This document shows positions 1 through 14,140 of a stretch of 64,000 nucleotides of DNA, in pieces. The number at the start of each line of letters is the position of its first letter. Position 1 is the first letter of the stretch. The notes beneath the pieces are model-generated. The model was not told the origin of the DNA. It did no database searches and saw nothing but the letters and a program-made list of their open reading frames with translations. Made by a program: the position numbers and the translations under genes. The stretch comes from Tubulanus polymorphus (lineage: Eukaryota; Animalia; Nemertea), in assembly GCF_964204645.1 (NCBI RefSeq), contig NC_134027.1:17446560-17510559 (forward strand), in the 5' to 3' direction.

Positions 1-249
1 GAATATGTTGCATAGACCGGCCACACACAGACTCAGCTTTAACATTGAAGTTGAGCGCGAGTTTCGTTTTATAGTTTGTATGCACTTTGGATGGACAGCA
101 TATTATGGCGCTAGTTGTGAATCAGATGTGCGATTATCAGTGTCGGATTACCTGATTGCTGTTTTCAACGTAATATACACAATATGTTCCCGGTAATTAC
201 TAAAAATCTCAACCATTTAACCATGCTTTTAGACCACCCAGATCGCTGT

Positions 250-741
250 CTGTCACACCTTCTCTCCGTGCGACGTTTTGGTCCTTAATTTCGTTAATAA
301 TCGGTTTATCTACCTTTATTACTTATCAATTTGTTCAGTGAAGAATTTGCATTCATGAATAAACAACAATTTTCACTAAAGTTGTTTTTGCTTTCATTTA
401 TCAGCGATAGTTTACTCAGCATACGCGCGCGTAATGCTGAAATATCAGCTCCGCTTCTCGGAAACGTTACAGTGATGCATCACCTGCTCATTAGCATATC
501 AAAATACAGTAGGTGGCGCTACGTGACGGGCCATAAAAGCCGTTTTTCAGCATTACGCGAGCGTATGCTAGGTAGGTAAACTATCGCTGATAGATGAAAA
601 CACAAACAAATTTATGCCAGTTCATGATTTATTTCTGAATGCAAATTCCTTACTGAACAAATTGATGCATAATATTTACAGATTAAGCGATTACTAACGA
701 AATTACGGATCAAAACGTCGCACTAAGAGCAGGTGTAACAG
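250..741. mobile_element. Foldback MITE with ~190-bp imperfect inverted arms
   Basis: 250-442 (ctgtcacacct...gtgcgacgttttgg...cgtaatgctgaaa) is the imperfect reverse complement of 545-741 (tttcagcattacgc...caaaacgtcgcac...aggtgtaacag). Confidence 0.65.
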
Positions 742-849
742 TAGAACGCATCTCCGGCAATGCAAAAACGCAAAATTTTTTCTGCGGGAGGGTCCCCAGA
801 CCCCCGTTCTAAATTCCGGAATTTTGGTACTTTGGCCCTAGCATCTCTG

Positions 850-1292
850 TGTACGTGACTGTACAGTGATTTCTACAGGTTAGCCGTATGTGAGTACGTT
901 GACGCTCAGACTTGCAATATTGGGATTCAAAACCAAACGAAAAAAAAATCCAGTAGTAGTCCAGTGATTTACCCACTGTGCCACAGAACGTAACAACTGC
1001 AGGGTGGATGAAATTTGATTTACAAATAGCCTAGCCTCACCTAACCCAAACTCTATTCTTTCACGCATGCGCGTTTGCAGGTTATAAGAACTCACGTACG
1101 GCATTTGTAGAGAACTCACGTACGTTTAACCTATGGATATCACTGTACAGTCACGTACGGGTAACAACTTCGTACTTAAATGGTATTGGTTACTAGGAAC
1201 TCACGTGCGGCGTTAGTAGGGAGCTCACGTACGGTTAACCTGTGGAGATCACCGTACAGTGACGTACGGGCAACAACTTCGTACTTAAAGTG
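850..1292. repeat. Complex local repeat: AACTCACGTACG units, ~110-bp direct duplication and an inverted copy
   Basis: ctcacgtacg recurs at ~1091, 1115, 1200 and 1224. 1115-1180 resembles 1224-1290. tacgtgactgtacagtgat (852) is inverted relative to atcactgtacagtcacgta (1139). Confidence 0.6.
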
Positions 1293-4200
1293 GTGTTGGC
1301 TACTATATAACAGGCCTATAGACAAATAAATACTGGTAGGTTTTCTTAGCTTCCACACTTCACAACCAAACCAACTGACCAACCAGTATATTTTAGTCCC
1401 AGTACGCACCAACTGGCACAGGCCTAACACTGTTTGTCAACTGTGTGTTCCGTAGTAGGCTATCGATAATCACCTGAAACTTTTCTGTCCTTTGTTTTCT
1501 CTCTGAGACGAACGTAATTCGAGTAGCAACCAGCGACTCAAAGTCCTTGATTTTAACTTGATCAATTCAAAATTTATTTATTGACGCTTTTGGTTACATG
1601 AACTGATCAGCAATATACTTAAATGAAATAACCGGAATAACAAGAAATCAATAATATAAAAGAGGTAACAAACGAATGCCCGTTAACCGGTCGGACACGC
1701 GAACTCCGGGCTCGTAAACTCTTTCACTCGGACCCGCTGAGCAATTAATTCATAGGATTGACTTTGAAATTGATTGTGGAGAAGAGAGGGAATAATTCGA
1801 TAGCTCTTCCTCAAAAAGAAGAGAGAAATGTCGGAAGAAAACCGGCATGGCTACTAATTGAACGGGGCCAAATTTCCGATGTTTACGACTCGACAGTGCC
1901 TTTATAACGTGGATTTATCAAAATTCCCAAGGTAAGGAAGCCTTTACACTTTTAACAAAAACTGTGTGGAAAAGGGAAAAAAAAAATAGCTGCAAGCAGC
2001 GATAACGGGTTTCTGCCTTTCTGGACAGAATGTCGTTCAAGATGCGATCAAAGATTTCTCCCAAAATCAGTTTGTTACATTCGGTTTTTTTGAAAGAGTG
2101 CCACCTAGGGGTCAACTCACAACATGGATATGTTGACCCACATGTGCTACTACGTGCATGTGCTACTATGCGCAAAGTACTAATGTGCCAGGTTTTGGGG
2201 GAAATAACATCGAGAAGAACGAAGCTACGGTGTTTTTACCATTCCCTAGTGACAGTTTAAGCGCATATTCGGTTATTATTAGTTCTGAAAAAAAGTCAAC
2301 TAGACAAGAAAACCAAATTTGGCCCAAAGCACAAATTTGGCCGATAGGGTAAACTATGCAGGAGGGAACGCCTTAGTGTTACTATAAGTAGAGTGACAAG
2401 TCAGTCTGACAAGTCAAGCAATCAGATGGGGACTACAATTCACATATGAAATTGACGTCCAATAACCATTATAAAAACATAATCACGAACGGTACCATCA
2501 CTCCCCATTACTGACTGTCACTAAACTCTGGCTAGCAATCATTCTTTATCATCGGTGCAGTGGGTACTTTTCATCTCACTATGTTCTTCTATGACATTAC
2601 CATCGCCGCTGCGTCATGATCGATGTGATGTACAATGTACAAGGGACCTCCAATTTGTAATGTATGTGATGTCCACGAGCAATTATTTGAACTTTTCTGA
2701 TGTATAAACTGACTTTAGACTGTTTAATATCGACGATAACAAGGTATCACCGACGCTTACATTTTCTGACGCTAACTAGTATGACCCGCCTTTTGGACCG
2801 GACCAATTCAATTCAATTAAGAAAACGCGTACGGTATAATAAATAAATAAACCGCTGTTGATTTTTCGAAGTATTGATATCCATGAACAAAACTATACTA
2901 TTATAGAATGTTTAAAGGGAACTGCTTTTAATAACAGTATGAATAAACTTACTTCACAAACAAGGAAGTACATTTTTAACTTGTGAATGGTCGAACCCCA
3001 GTTATTCACAGTAACCTGTGATTTGGATATTCTCGGAGCCTTCCTTCTTTATTTATTTATGAAATGACGTCACAAACTTACAGATTCGCACCAGTATGCG
3101 TGCCATGATTGATGATTGCTATTTCCACCGGTGCTATCTTAAAGTAACTACAAGTTTAAAATAGGAAGCACAGTACATCTATAGAAACTACGCGCAGAAA
3201 GAGACTGTTATATTATTATTAGAGTTTAACAGTTCGTTTCAAAGTTGTTAGTAGTCAAGTCTAATAGAAGATGATTTTTATGTGACGAAACCCAGTGGAA
3301 AATATGTTAAAATAATAATCAGCAGGAATCCAATAGGGTTTCTGCCCAGGCAGCAGAAACCCTAATAAATATAGCTGCAAAGCAGCGATAACGGTTTTCT
3401 GCAAATCCACACCATGCCATTCAGGTTGACAGGAATTAAATTCCGATACATGAAATATATTGTATTGACAGATTCGAACCTAATATACAACCACTGTGTA
3501 AACGTCCAATGTGATTCAGCTTTGAAACCGAACTTACGTGGACGTAATATCAATGAATATTAATTGATTAGACCAAGCATTTATTTTGTATCACCACGCT
3601 TAAAAAATGGATCTTTTCTATTAAGAAACTCATCTTAAGAATCGGCCGAGTCAATAGGTGTTGAATACATTTACTGATATAGTAATGTATTAGGATTTAG
3701 AATAGATTTGAAGGAATTAATCTTTTTATTGAAATTTTTAATAAATACATATATTGTATTGTAGATTCAATTGATAGATTATGAATTCATTTGGTCTGGA
3801 AGATTCAGACCGTATATGGTATGATGCAACATCGGTCGAAGAGAGTTGGTGTTGACTGACTGCCCTTGACCATTTATCTTCATGTGTTTGACATCAGCAT
3901 ATACCCATGAACTGCAAAATATTCATAGAACATGAAAACCTATATACATGTATACAGTATTCAAACTTTCACCGATGTTGGATATTTGAATGAACATTGG
4001 CTATTTCAATATTCTAAAGCAGGAAATAATAAGCCCAATCAATAGGCCCTATTCCCATCGGTATAATGCGTTCAGCAGCTGTACCGTACACTCATCTGAC
4101 GAGATTGGAGAAATCCGTATACCAAACCTACGTACAGCAAAATGTACAGGCCTGCATAATGATTTCTTGTTTTCTTGTATACAAGCCGTGATCACATGAA

Positions 4201-4735
4201 TGTTTTGGATCTAGGTTTATAAATGTCAGGTCAGCAGACAAGGCCTGAGCAAAATTTAATCACATAGCTCAATTAGCCTTTCTGTGTGCGAATACTTTAA
4301 GGTAGGGACACACAAGCGTATTTTTTGCCCGATGGCGACGATTAAATTCGCCAGTGAATTCGCCGCCGAATTTATATGTCCGATACGAGTGCGCACACAT
4401 AGCGATGAAACGAGATTCATATGTAGGCCTACTTTACAAGTGTCCGCTCATACCCAGTCGCTCATACCCCGTGTCTACAGTACCAAATGCGCGAATCGTC
4501 CGCTAGCTTGTCAAAAATCGTCCGCTAGCTTGTCAGTATCAATTCAATTGATTGACATGCTAGAAGCTGCATTAGTATAAATTTTTCAAACTCAGTCCAA
4601 AGGGCCCGATTATGAAGCCCATACTAATAAATATGTCAGATCATTATCATGATACTGTGCCACAGACTGGGGTAAGTATTCTCTCTACCATTGGTGTCGG
4701 TTACTTGCTTTGGACACGAAGGGCAGGAGCTGCAC

Positions 4736-5578
4736 TTTTTAGCCCACTTGGGACTTTAGTCCCAGCGGGCTATTGCGTTCACTTTTCGTCCGTCGTCCGT
4801 CCGTCTGTAGACGGAATCCAGTTATTTTGGGAAGTTTTGAAGACGCTTCAAGGTAATGTCTTGATATTTGGTTTATACATGTATCTACCCTAGACACATC
4901 TTCAGCCAAAAAACTGGCCCTGTCAGAATCAAGATGGCCGACTGGCAGCCATTGTTGTTCGCCAAAATCAGCACTTTTTACACATTTTCGAGGTTTACGA
5001 GGGAAATTTTGAAGACGCTTTGATCAATTACCTTGATGTTTCGATTATATTTGAATCTACCAAGGGCCCATCAGCATAAAATTGGGTCCATCTGACTCAA
5101 GATGGCCGTCCTATGACCTTTTTAGTGCCCAAAAATATCAATTTTGGCCAGAATTCTAGGTCCTGTAGCTTCCTACTGGTTTGCCATTTCTCATTGCAAT
5201 TTGTGATGGGTATTCTTTGTAAAGGGATGTTTTATACCTGAGACAGGTATTTTTGATCCGCCAATTATGACGCAATTGGCAGCCATCTTGGTGTCATTAG
5301 TACTCATTCGTAGGTGGGAAAAAGTTTTTCGACATTATATTGATACCTAAGCATATTTTGTTACAACAATGAATAAGAAAGTTGTAGCGTATAACGTGTA
5401 CTATGATTGTGGTGAATTTCAAAATCGTAGCTGCTGACATGTTTTACGATTGTATTGAGTTTCAAGGTCATTGGTTTTTGTGTATGGTCACCAGAGGGCG
5501 TTGAATATTGAAATTGTTAGATTGTTGAGCATTTGAAACCACTTCCCAAGTGGGCATGGTGTCCCTGGACCCCTAGTT
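4736..5578 (+). mobile_element. Helentron-associated non-autonomous element (HINE/DINE-1-like), family A copy 1
   Basis: 5' T-run, subTIR gcccacttggga, partial IR cccagcgggct and (gtcc)n microsatellite. At the 3' end: subTIR tcccaagtgggc, a short hairpin and ctagtt. A homologous copy lies at 60663-62868. Confidence 0.75.
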
Positions 5579-6711
5579 ACCCCAGTGGTTACCAGCGCCT
5601 GCACATGGTTTCCGAATAAGCATAAACGAATCATTTAATTTCTTACCGCCATCATGAGCAGAGCTTCCGACGGTGAACTCGTCCGATTCGGTTAATCCAC
5701 TTTTATTTTTCAACGAATTCTCTGAACAGGTACAATCAAATACGCACTTAATCCTCCTGGTTTTAATTGGGTTCATCCTTATCCGATGTGCTATATCCAC
5801 ATTAAGTAGTATGAGATCCTTGCTACGGAAGCAACGCAGGTGGTGTTCATTAGTTTTAAATTTATCATCCCTGGACGACTGCATTAATACAGTAATACGT
5901 GAGTTGCCATATTGCCCTGACGCCTACTTTATCAATGAGGTCCCCAAGAGAATTTTAATCATGGTCAAGTCGAATTGGTTTCCTTATCTGATTACCGAAT
6001 GGCATGAACACCACCTGTTGACCGCCAGATCAAATACACTTCGTGTGATAAAACTGAAAAGGTCCACGAGAATTTCGTGGATCCAATATTTTAGAGTCCC
6101 GAAAATTATTAACGGGAACGTGCCCAGATGGCGTGCCCAGATGGTAGGATGATACGGGTACCCATATCACGTGCTGTTTAAAAAAAAATCGGTGATACTT
6201 GAAAATTGTATTTACATGCTTTATTTTAGGGTCTCAATATCTACATGCTACCTCTAGGTTTTGTTTAGTTTGTGCTTAATACTCCACACTAAGTATATAA
6301 CTTATAGATAATAATAATATCATTAATAATTATTTTGGTAATTCTGCATACACCATTATAGTGACACTGATTTGTATGGGTACGTAAAAAGGTTGTGTTG
6401 CTGCAAGTTACGTATATATATACATATATACATATATATTATCCTAGCGACGGCCATCATACTTCGGGTTGGTTGCGGCTCAGATACGTAGTAAGCCTTA
6501 TGTTGAAGATGTCATTTACCACGTGGCCTGAGGCGCCGAAGCTTACTGATGTCAACCACGGTCGATGCCACACACAGGGTCAGCATCAAGATGACCGGAT
6601 GCCGCGAATCTCGCCACTAATCAACACTGTACGAACACGCTAAAAGTTCGTAAGCATCAACCGTCAATATGATGATGCTCACGATGAAGGTGGTGCGAAG
6701 CCGGCGTCCTA

Positions 6712-6794
6712 CCGTATTTCAACTATGATGGTCCTTTCAAACCGTATTTCAACAATGATGGTCCTTTCAAACCATATTTCAACGATGATGGTCT
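6712..6794 (+). repeat. 30-bp tandem repeat, ~3 copies
   Basis: ccgtatttcaac(t/a/g)atgatggtcctttcaaa repeated. Confidence 0.85.
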
Positions 6795-7844
6795 GTTGCA
6801 AACTCATATCAGGCTGGTGATGACGACACTCAACGCCCAGTACAGTACCACGGCTAAACATAAGGCTGAGCTTCCATCCGTGTCCGTTTCCAGGTTCTGG
6901 GGAACATGCCTCTCTCGCTGGGATATTATCGTTTCGGTATTTTGTGCACTAGCCTCTTTACTTTCCCACTGGAGAAGGCCGGCTCCAGACACAGGAAATT
7001 GGCCTGCGTGAGTTATATTCATTTATTGAGGGGTTCGCGCCTATCCCCTCCACAGAAAAAGAGGGTGGGTCGTTGCATCATTCCCAGGACATATTTGGCT
7101 TTTCCTTGACTCCAAATTCTAATCATTGTATTAAAAAAAAAAAATAAATAAATAAATAAATAATAAATCACTAACTAAATAGATAGAATGAATGTGCGTA
7201 ATTAGAATTATTGTATGGAAAAAAAAGAACTTATTACTAGTGCCTTTTACTGCGCTAAATTTTATTGTTTACTCTTATCATGTTATCGTTTGCTTCTGGA
7301 GAGAGAGCAAGTGACCAGTTTATATGTACATCTTATCATTTATATCTATTTCTCAGTGGTGACCAACATATGAGTTTATTTACATTTGCGATAACGAAAT
7401 GGAAACATGTTTATTTAATAACTATATAGATTAGAGTTTTACATAAATGGGTTTATACTACCTGTGGATCAGATAAGGCAGTTGGAACAGGTTTAGTTTT
7501 GTTTTGCAAGCCACACGGCAGTCCGTTATTCTTGTTCGGCTATGTTTCTGGATCTGGCAGCCGTTGGGATTTTTAATCTTACAACGGTGAGGTTCGATTC
7601 CTCGCAGGCTCAAGTGACTTTCAACATTTACTTTCGGAAATGTTCGTCTTGCTTGCTACTATCTAAATTTTGTTGCGATTAGCTTATTTCTGACTATTTT
7701 TAGGTTATCAGGTTATTTTATTTTAGATGATGAAACGTCAACTTTTAGACTAAGAATATTTTTTTAGTGCCTCGGGGTCGAGTCACCTGAAGGAGGGGCG
7801 ACTGATATATAGAATGCATGTTAATAATAATTTATAGGCAGTAC

Positions 7845-8141
7845 TGTTCCGTAAGACGAGTGCTCAGGACATATGACCTGATCAATCAAAGTCCTGTGTG
7901 CAGGTCATATGGTCAGTACTGATAATAACGATAATATGTCTAGCCTTCTGGCTATTGTTATAACTTTTCTGATGACGTGGTCCTCATGGGTATAAAACCC
8001 AGAGACACACGTCACTCTCTCTCTCTTTTCTCTGCTTTGTGGTCACTTATACTCAGCTCTCGCCTTTAGTACTACAATAAAATCGCATTTTCTAACTAAT
8101 AACTGTAGTCTTTACTTCTGAGCTAGGACTCTGTATCATCA
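7845..8141 (+). mobile_element. Possible solo LTR
   Basis: Starts TGT and ends TCA, with TATAAAA at 7991, a (ct)n tract and AATAAA at ~8076. No clean TSD. Confidence 0.35.
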
Positions 8142-8224
8142 GGCACCCTAAAAGGAAAACAAAATGAGGAAAAGAGAGAAAAATCCCAGTTACTGTGTAT
8201 TGATTAAAATGCCAGGCCAACACT

Positions 8225-8388
8225 GTCGCTATTTATATGAGTCTACTGTTGCTTTAACGAGTCGCTATATAGGCTATACTACTGCACTCGGCTACTGTAT
8301 ATTCGTTCATTATATGAGTCTACTGTTGCTTCAACGAGTCGCTATATAGGCTATACTACTGCACTCGGCTACTGTATATTCGTTCATT
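8225..8388 (+). repeat. ~78-bp tandem duplication
   Basis: gagtcgctatataggctatactactgcactcggctactgtatattcgttcatt occurs twice (~8259 and ~8336). Confidence 0.8.
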
Positions 8389-8400
8389 CATTTGTTCACG

Positions 8401-10299
8401 ATGGAAAAAAGAAAACGTACGGACCGTACTTATCAGGAAAAATACGAGATTGTGAAATTTTACGAAAAACCATCAAAACTGGAAGAAGAAGGACATTGGT
8501 CTGAAATTCGATTTAAAACCACAAACACTGAACCATTATATCAAAAATAAAGAAAAAATAAAGTCTAGTTGAAAAACCGCAGGATGCAAGGAAAGGTTCA
8601 ATCAAGAGAGCACGCACCCTTGACTTATCAGATGTTGACGCGGCATTGATCATCTGGTTCCGCCAATTAAGCCAGAAACCCGATCTCAGGATTGATGGCG
8701 ATATGTTGCTGACCAAGGCAAATTATTTCAGCCGTGAATTCGGACATGAATACAACATATCTGCTAGCTGGATCAGTCGATTAAGACACAGATATGGAAT
8801 CGTGAAAATTCTAAAAGCTGGAGAAGCAGGAGGTGTTGACCAGGTTATAGTTAATGAATGGAAAGATGGGCGATTGACAGAAATTCTTGAACAATACAGG
8901 CCCAGTGATATCTATAATGCCGATGAGACCGGCTTGTTCTGGCAGTTACTGCCAGAAAAGTCGCTTGGCTTCAAGGGTTCTAAAGATCATGGGTCTAAAC
9001 AGGCAAAAACCCGCATCACCGTTTTAGTTGCTGCAAACATGACTGGTGACGATAAACTGCCGCTGCTGGCCATTGGTATGAGTAAGAGACCAAGGGCGTT
9101 CAAAAATGTTGTAAGAATTCCAGTTGAGTACCTGTCCAACAAGAAAGCATGGATGACGGGAATTATTTTTATCGAATGGTTACAGAAATTGGATCGTAAA
9201 ATGTTACTTCATTGAACATTGAACTAGAGAACATAGAACTTGTGTTTTTACCACCTAATACTACCTCGATTACGCAACCTATGGACGGCGGCGTCATTAA
9301 AAATTTAAAGTTTTACTACAGGAAAATATTAGCTACTCGTCGTCTTATGGCTGCTGAGGCAAATCAGGACTTAAAGTGGAACATTTTAGATGCGATTGTT
9401 GCGATAAAATCAGCCTGGATGAGAGTTTCTAAAAAAACCATAGAAAATTGTTTTAGATCAACTGGGTTTGTTGCACCAGGTATTGATCTTGATACAGACG
9501 ACATCGTCGAAGTTGTTTCCACAAGCTCACAAGAGCTTACTGAGCAGTGTGAATTCCGTAACATCTGGGATCGTCTTGGTACGATTTATGGTAATGATTT
9601 ACCACCGGTTGATGATTACCTGAGTGTCGATGACAATTTGGAAGTTTCAGACAACATGGAAATGAGCGATTCAGACATTGTGACTCATGTTCGCAATTTC
9701 AACGAAACCGACGTCTATATGGATTACCATGAAAATTCCGACACTGAGGAGGAAGAAGAAGAATTTAATCCTACCCCTCCATCAGCTGCTGCCATTCGTC
9801 AATCTCTCACAACACTTAGTAGTTACGCGTTAACGCAGAGTTCACAGGAGTTCACTGACGATGTTCTCGCATTCACTGAGCGGGTCCATCAATACCTGGC
9901 AAAGCTTCCGAAAAAGCAAATGGAAATAACCGATTTCTTTGGGGAAAAAACTGAACTGAAGACATTTAAATTTTTACAAGATACTAGTGTTTTATGTTTA
10001 ATAAATTAGTTTCATTAGTTGCAAGTAAAATCTCCTCGTTTTCCTGTTATCTTGACGGATGTCCCACTTTCAAACTTCGTCGATAATGTTACATGTTTAC
10101 TTTTCAATAGAAATTCATCTATAATTCCCTAAGTAAAGCAGGAATGAATTAGGAATACAGTGTCTTGGATGAATGAAGAATTATTTCAAAATATACTAGG
10201 TTGGTTACATATCTGGGGCTTTTTCGATTTATCCGTACTTTCAGTTAATCCGTAGAAAAATCGGCAGTCCCACTGATACGGATTAAGCGGATTTGACTG
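8401..10299 (+). mobile_element. Tigger/pogo (CENP-B-like) DNA transposon with frameshifted transposase and right TIR
   Basis: MEKRKRT... N-terminal HTH at 8401. ORFs 8646-9215 (IYNADETGLFW, KAWMT) and 9212-10009 (FLPPNTTSITQPMDGGVI, acidic tail, KQMEITDFF). The second catalytic D region appears deleted at ~9210. The right TIR ...cggattaagcggatttgactg is followed by TA. No left TIR found. Confidence 0.9.
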
Positions 10300-10300
10300 T

Positions 10301-12270
10301 AGTATCATCCACGAACATTATAGTCTGAAAAATGGCTGACACATTGGGGCAATCGTTGATGTACAAAATAAAGAGAAGAGGACCCAAGATCGATCCTTGC
10401 GGGACTCCAAATATTATTTTCATGCTATTGGATGTTTTATATCCATATTTTACACACTGAAGTCGGTTACAAAGATAATTTTTTAACCAGATATTAGCTA
10501 AACCTCTGATACCATAGTGTTCAACTTTGCTTAATAGTATTGTATGATCTATAGTATCAAAAGCTTTAGATAAATCTAAAAAAATACCTAGAATAGTCTC
10601 CCCACAATCCAATTTATCAATTAAGTTATCGATTTTTTTGTTAGGGCATAGCAAGTGGAATGTTTTTTCCTAAACCCAAACTGGGAGTCTGAAATTACAT
10701 TATGAGATTCAAGAAACTCAACGACACGGGAATACATGATTTTTCCTAAAATTTTAGAGAGGCATGGTAGAATTGAGATGGGGCGATAATTTGTGAAACT
10801 TGCCTTATCCCCGGTTTTATAAATTGGACAAACCTGAGCAATTTTGAAAGCACTAGGAAAAACGCCAGATACCAAACTAAGATTAAAGATGTATACTAAG
10901 GGATCAAAGATAAGATGGATGACCTCCTTTGATAATTTCTGACTAATATTATCAACTATTCTTTGATTTAAAAAGTTTAACAATATTTTCTATTTCTAAT
11001 TTAGTCACTGGAGCAAGGAAAAATTGTGTCTTCAACTCTGTTTTTTAGATAACTCTTGAAATCTTTGTTTGTATCTGGAATTTTATCAGCGAGTTTTGGA
11101 CCAATATTTATAAAAAAGTCATTGAAATTATTAGCTATATCGGGAGGGTCAGTAATGAATTGATCATTATGTCTGAACTTTTCAGGAAAATCTGACGCTT
11201 TTCTTTTATGTAATATAGAATTGATTAATCCCCAGGTCTGCTTGGAATCAGTCCGTATAGTTTCAAACTTTTGCATGTAAAAATCTTTTTTTGCTTCGCG
11301 TATACATTTGTGAAAACAGTTTCTGTATTTAGTAAACACTGATTTTGATTCAGCTGACCTCTTCTTAAGATACTCTGTATGGAGCTTCTCCTTATGTTTC
11401 AGTGAAATTAATAGACCTCTTGTCATCCAAGGGTTTAGCTTATCTTTTAATCGATTCCATTTCCTTTTGGTAATTGGGAATGAGTTGTCATAGTATTTAG
11501 TAAATAAGGTAATAAATGTATTGTACGCCAGTTCAGTATTGATGCTATTATATACATCATTCCATTTTTCGGCCATTAAATACCTTTTGAAAATCCGCAT
11601 GTTGCGTTCATTAACTTGTCTATAATTTACATGATGTGGAGTTCTTTAGAGTAAGACTTAGTATTTAAAATTGAAAATACAGGTAGATGATCCGAGATAT
11701 CAGTCATTACTATGCCCAATTCGATGTAATACTCTTCATTACAATTTGTGAAAATTATATCTAGAAGAGATTCCGATTTATCAGTAATGTAGGTTTGTTA
11801 ATTAAAGGAGCAAAGGAATTGCAACTCAAGGTATCAACAAAATTTGTCGTATGAAGGTCGCGATCCTCATTAAGTATGTTGATATTGAAATCTCCCATAA
11901 GGAAAACTCTAGAATGACAAGATATCTTATCAAATATTTTCGAGAAATCACTGATAGCATCACTGACCTTGAGTTGAGGAGTTCTGTAAAATAGACCAAT
12001 AAGAATTTTTTCCGGAAACTTCCTAGGATTAATTTCGATGAACATATATTCAACTGAATTGATAATGGGTATATCGAGTTTGTATAGTAATTTTGTAATT
12101 CATAGAATTTTTTACATAAAAGGCTATTCCACCACCTCTAGAGTGACCTCTGCATTTGAAAATTGAATTATATCCTGGAATTGGATATAAAGATCTATTA
12201 TCCATGCTTGTTCTCGCCCAAGTCTCTATGACGCCTATGACGTCAAATTTACATGCAGTAGAATCTAAAG
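10301..12270 (-). mobile_element. CR1/L2-clade non-LTR retrotransposon ORF2 remnant (APE endonuclease + RT)
   Basis: APE motifs (ETW, LMGDFNI, SDHLP), PWMT linker, NYRPISIL, QFGFR, FLDLSKAFDT, GVPQGSILGPLLF and FVDD. Frameshifted, and cut just after the DD motif by the Tigger TIR. Confidence 0.92.
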
Positions 12271-13249
12271 TTAAATGTAAATTACATTATTTTACAGTAT
12301 TTAGGGATAGTCGCAAAATCTAATAGAGTAATAGACGATGGTGCCAGCCAGAGCTGGCGGCGACAACGCCGTTTTTTGGAGAGAGGCAGTCGACAAACGT
12401 TTGGCATCGTTTTTTTGTTGAAATATGAGAGTTAATTGGTTCCACTCTGTTGTGTGCGCTTTTTCATTTGCTATTGTCGTAATTAGTTTGTTTGACGATG
12501 TTTTTGCGGTATATTGGCACTATTCGCGTAACAGCGCACGCACGTTAAAATCCGCGGACTAAATCAGCTGGTATGTAATCCATATATCTAACATAAGTAC
12601 ATACACACTGCAGTACATGACATAGTGTATACTCGTATGGAAAAGGTAATTCAGGGTGGAAATTGATAAATTGCATTATTTGTAACCCACAGATGAACAT
12701 CGTACTGCAGTTCTGAGAGTAATTTTCTGTTAGCTCTTGGTGGCACAAATTGTAACCACTGCATTTAAACGGCTGATATTTTGTCATAAGGAGGGAAATA
12801 GGTGTTGGAATTGATATGGCAAGTTTCGTCCATCAGCTCTTAGTCATTTGGATATGCTGGGAGAGAATGTGCAAAATTTCAAAGAATTTTTCCCTCATTC
12901 TACTAATCGATGCTTGACCTAGTTTTATGACATCACAGGGAAAGCCCACCACAAGGGTATCACGTGGAAATCCCAGAAATCCCTCTAGAAAGGCTTTCCC
13001 AGTGACATTATCAAGAACTGTTCTCTTACACTTGTAACTCATAAGGGAACCCATCACCATGTATATCATCAAAGTTGAACATGCTTGCTACAAAGTGCTC
13101 CATGATTTCATCTTTATCAGCTGTTTATATGTTATTGCAAATCCAAGAACAAATCGATTTTTGTGCTCAAAACTAAAATATACTCGATCCTACTGGACCC
13201 CATGGTCCTTTATTCATTTTAGGTGTCATTGTTTAGCCACAAATCCACC

Positions 13250-14140
13250 TTTTAGGTTTGTCGATCGATGAACCCATCTATGGCATTGTTGTGGTGTCTG
13301 TCTGTCTGTGGATGTTTCTTTATGACACGATTTAAGCTGTTAGTGTGGACCGATAATACTGTTAATTGACACATATGTTCTGTGCCTGGGGTAGATAGTA
13401 CAGCTTGGTTTATATTTGATACTGATGTTAATAAGTCTTTTGATTGGTTATAAAATAATCAACGTCAGGCCATACCAAAATAATGGTCTGTTTGCCGTAA
13501 CCCAACCAACCTGACTTCAAAGGTACAGAGTGAAAACTTTTCTCTGGGATTCCTTGAAATAGATTTTATTTTTGACACAAACGGCCGACTGACCGACCCA
13601 CTGCCAATTTATGAGATACATATGCTTGAAGTCAAGTGTGCATCGTGTGAAAAGATGCCTCGAGTATGGCCTAGTTTAAGTTTTCCAGGAAACTGGGAGT
13701 GTTCCAATAAGCTTCCATTCATTTTAGTGACTATGTTTAAGCTGATGATGTTATAGCATGCATATATTCAATGTACTGTTTTATTTTGAACACAAAGATG
13801 ATGCTCTGGACGAAATTAAGATTTTAGAATTATTCTTCAAATCCAGGCAAATAACACAAATTTCCGATATTTCAGATATTTGATATTATTTTCATATAAA
13901 AAAGGTCATAAATTTGTTTTTTGCCCTAAAATTTTGCAAAAAAATATCTACCTACCGACTCATCCTGAAAACTTGAGTCTGTGTTACAGCAAGCAGACAA
14001 TTAACTTGGGATGGCCTTATACTCGTTCCTTCAAGTGGCTGTAGCGCTGACCGTACAGCGCACGTGCGCTGATCCAGTCTTAAAGCCTTGCGATATTCAG
14101 TGCTGCCGTTAGACTCAGGAGTGCTCTGAACACAAAACAC
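13250..14140 (+). mobile_element. HINE-like repeat, family B copy 1 (interrupted by a MITE)
   Basis: (tgtc)n microsatellite followed by atgtttctttatgacacg...taaaataatcaac, matching 16114-16500. Confidence 0.55.
13467..14017 (+). mobile_element. PIF/Harbinger-like MITE, copy 1
   Basis: TIRs AGGCCATACCAA / TTGGGATGGCCT. Near-full-length homolog at 47645-48202. The related HINE copy at ~16340 shows the empty site. Confidence 0.75.

Noticed and set aside
4612-4671. Upstream host exon with a GTAAGT donor
   Set aside because: The phase in the ATG frame is incompatible with exon 15927, and there is no other support.
5573-6152. ORFs 5673-6152 (+) and 5573-5884 (-); faint THAP-like residues on the minus strand
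   Set aside because: No coherent domain motif could be supported.
7538-7612. tRNA gene (GGTTCGATTCC B-box at ~7591)
   Set aside because: No convincing cloverleaf or acceptor stem. At most a decayed SINE head.
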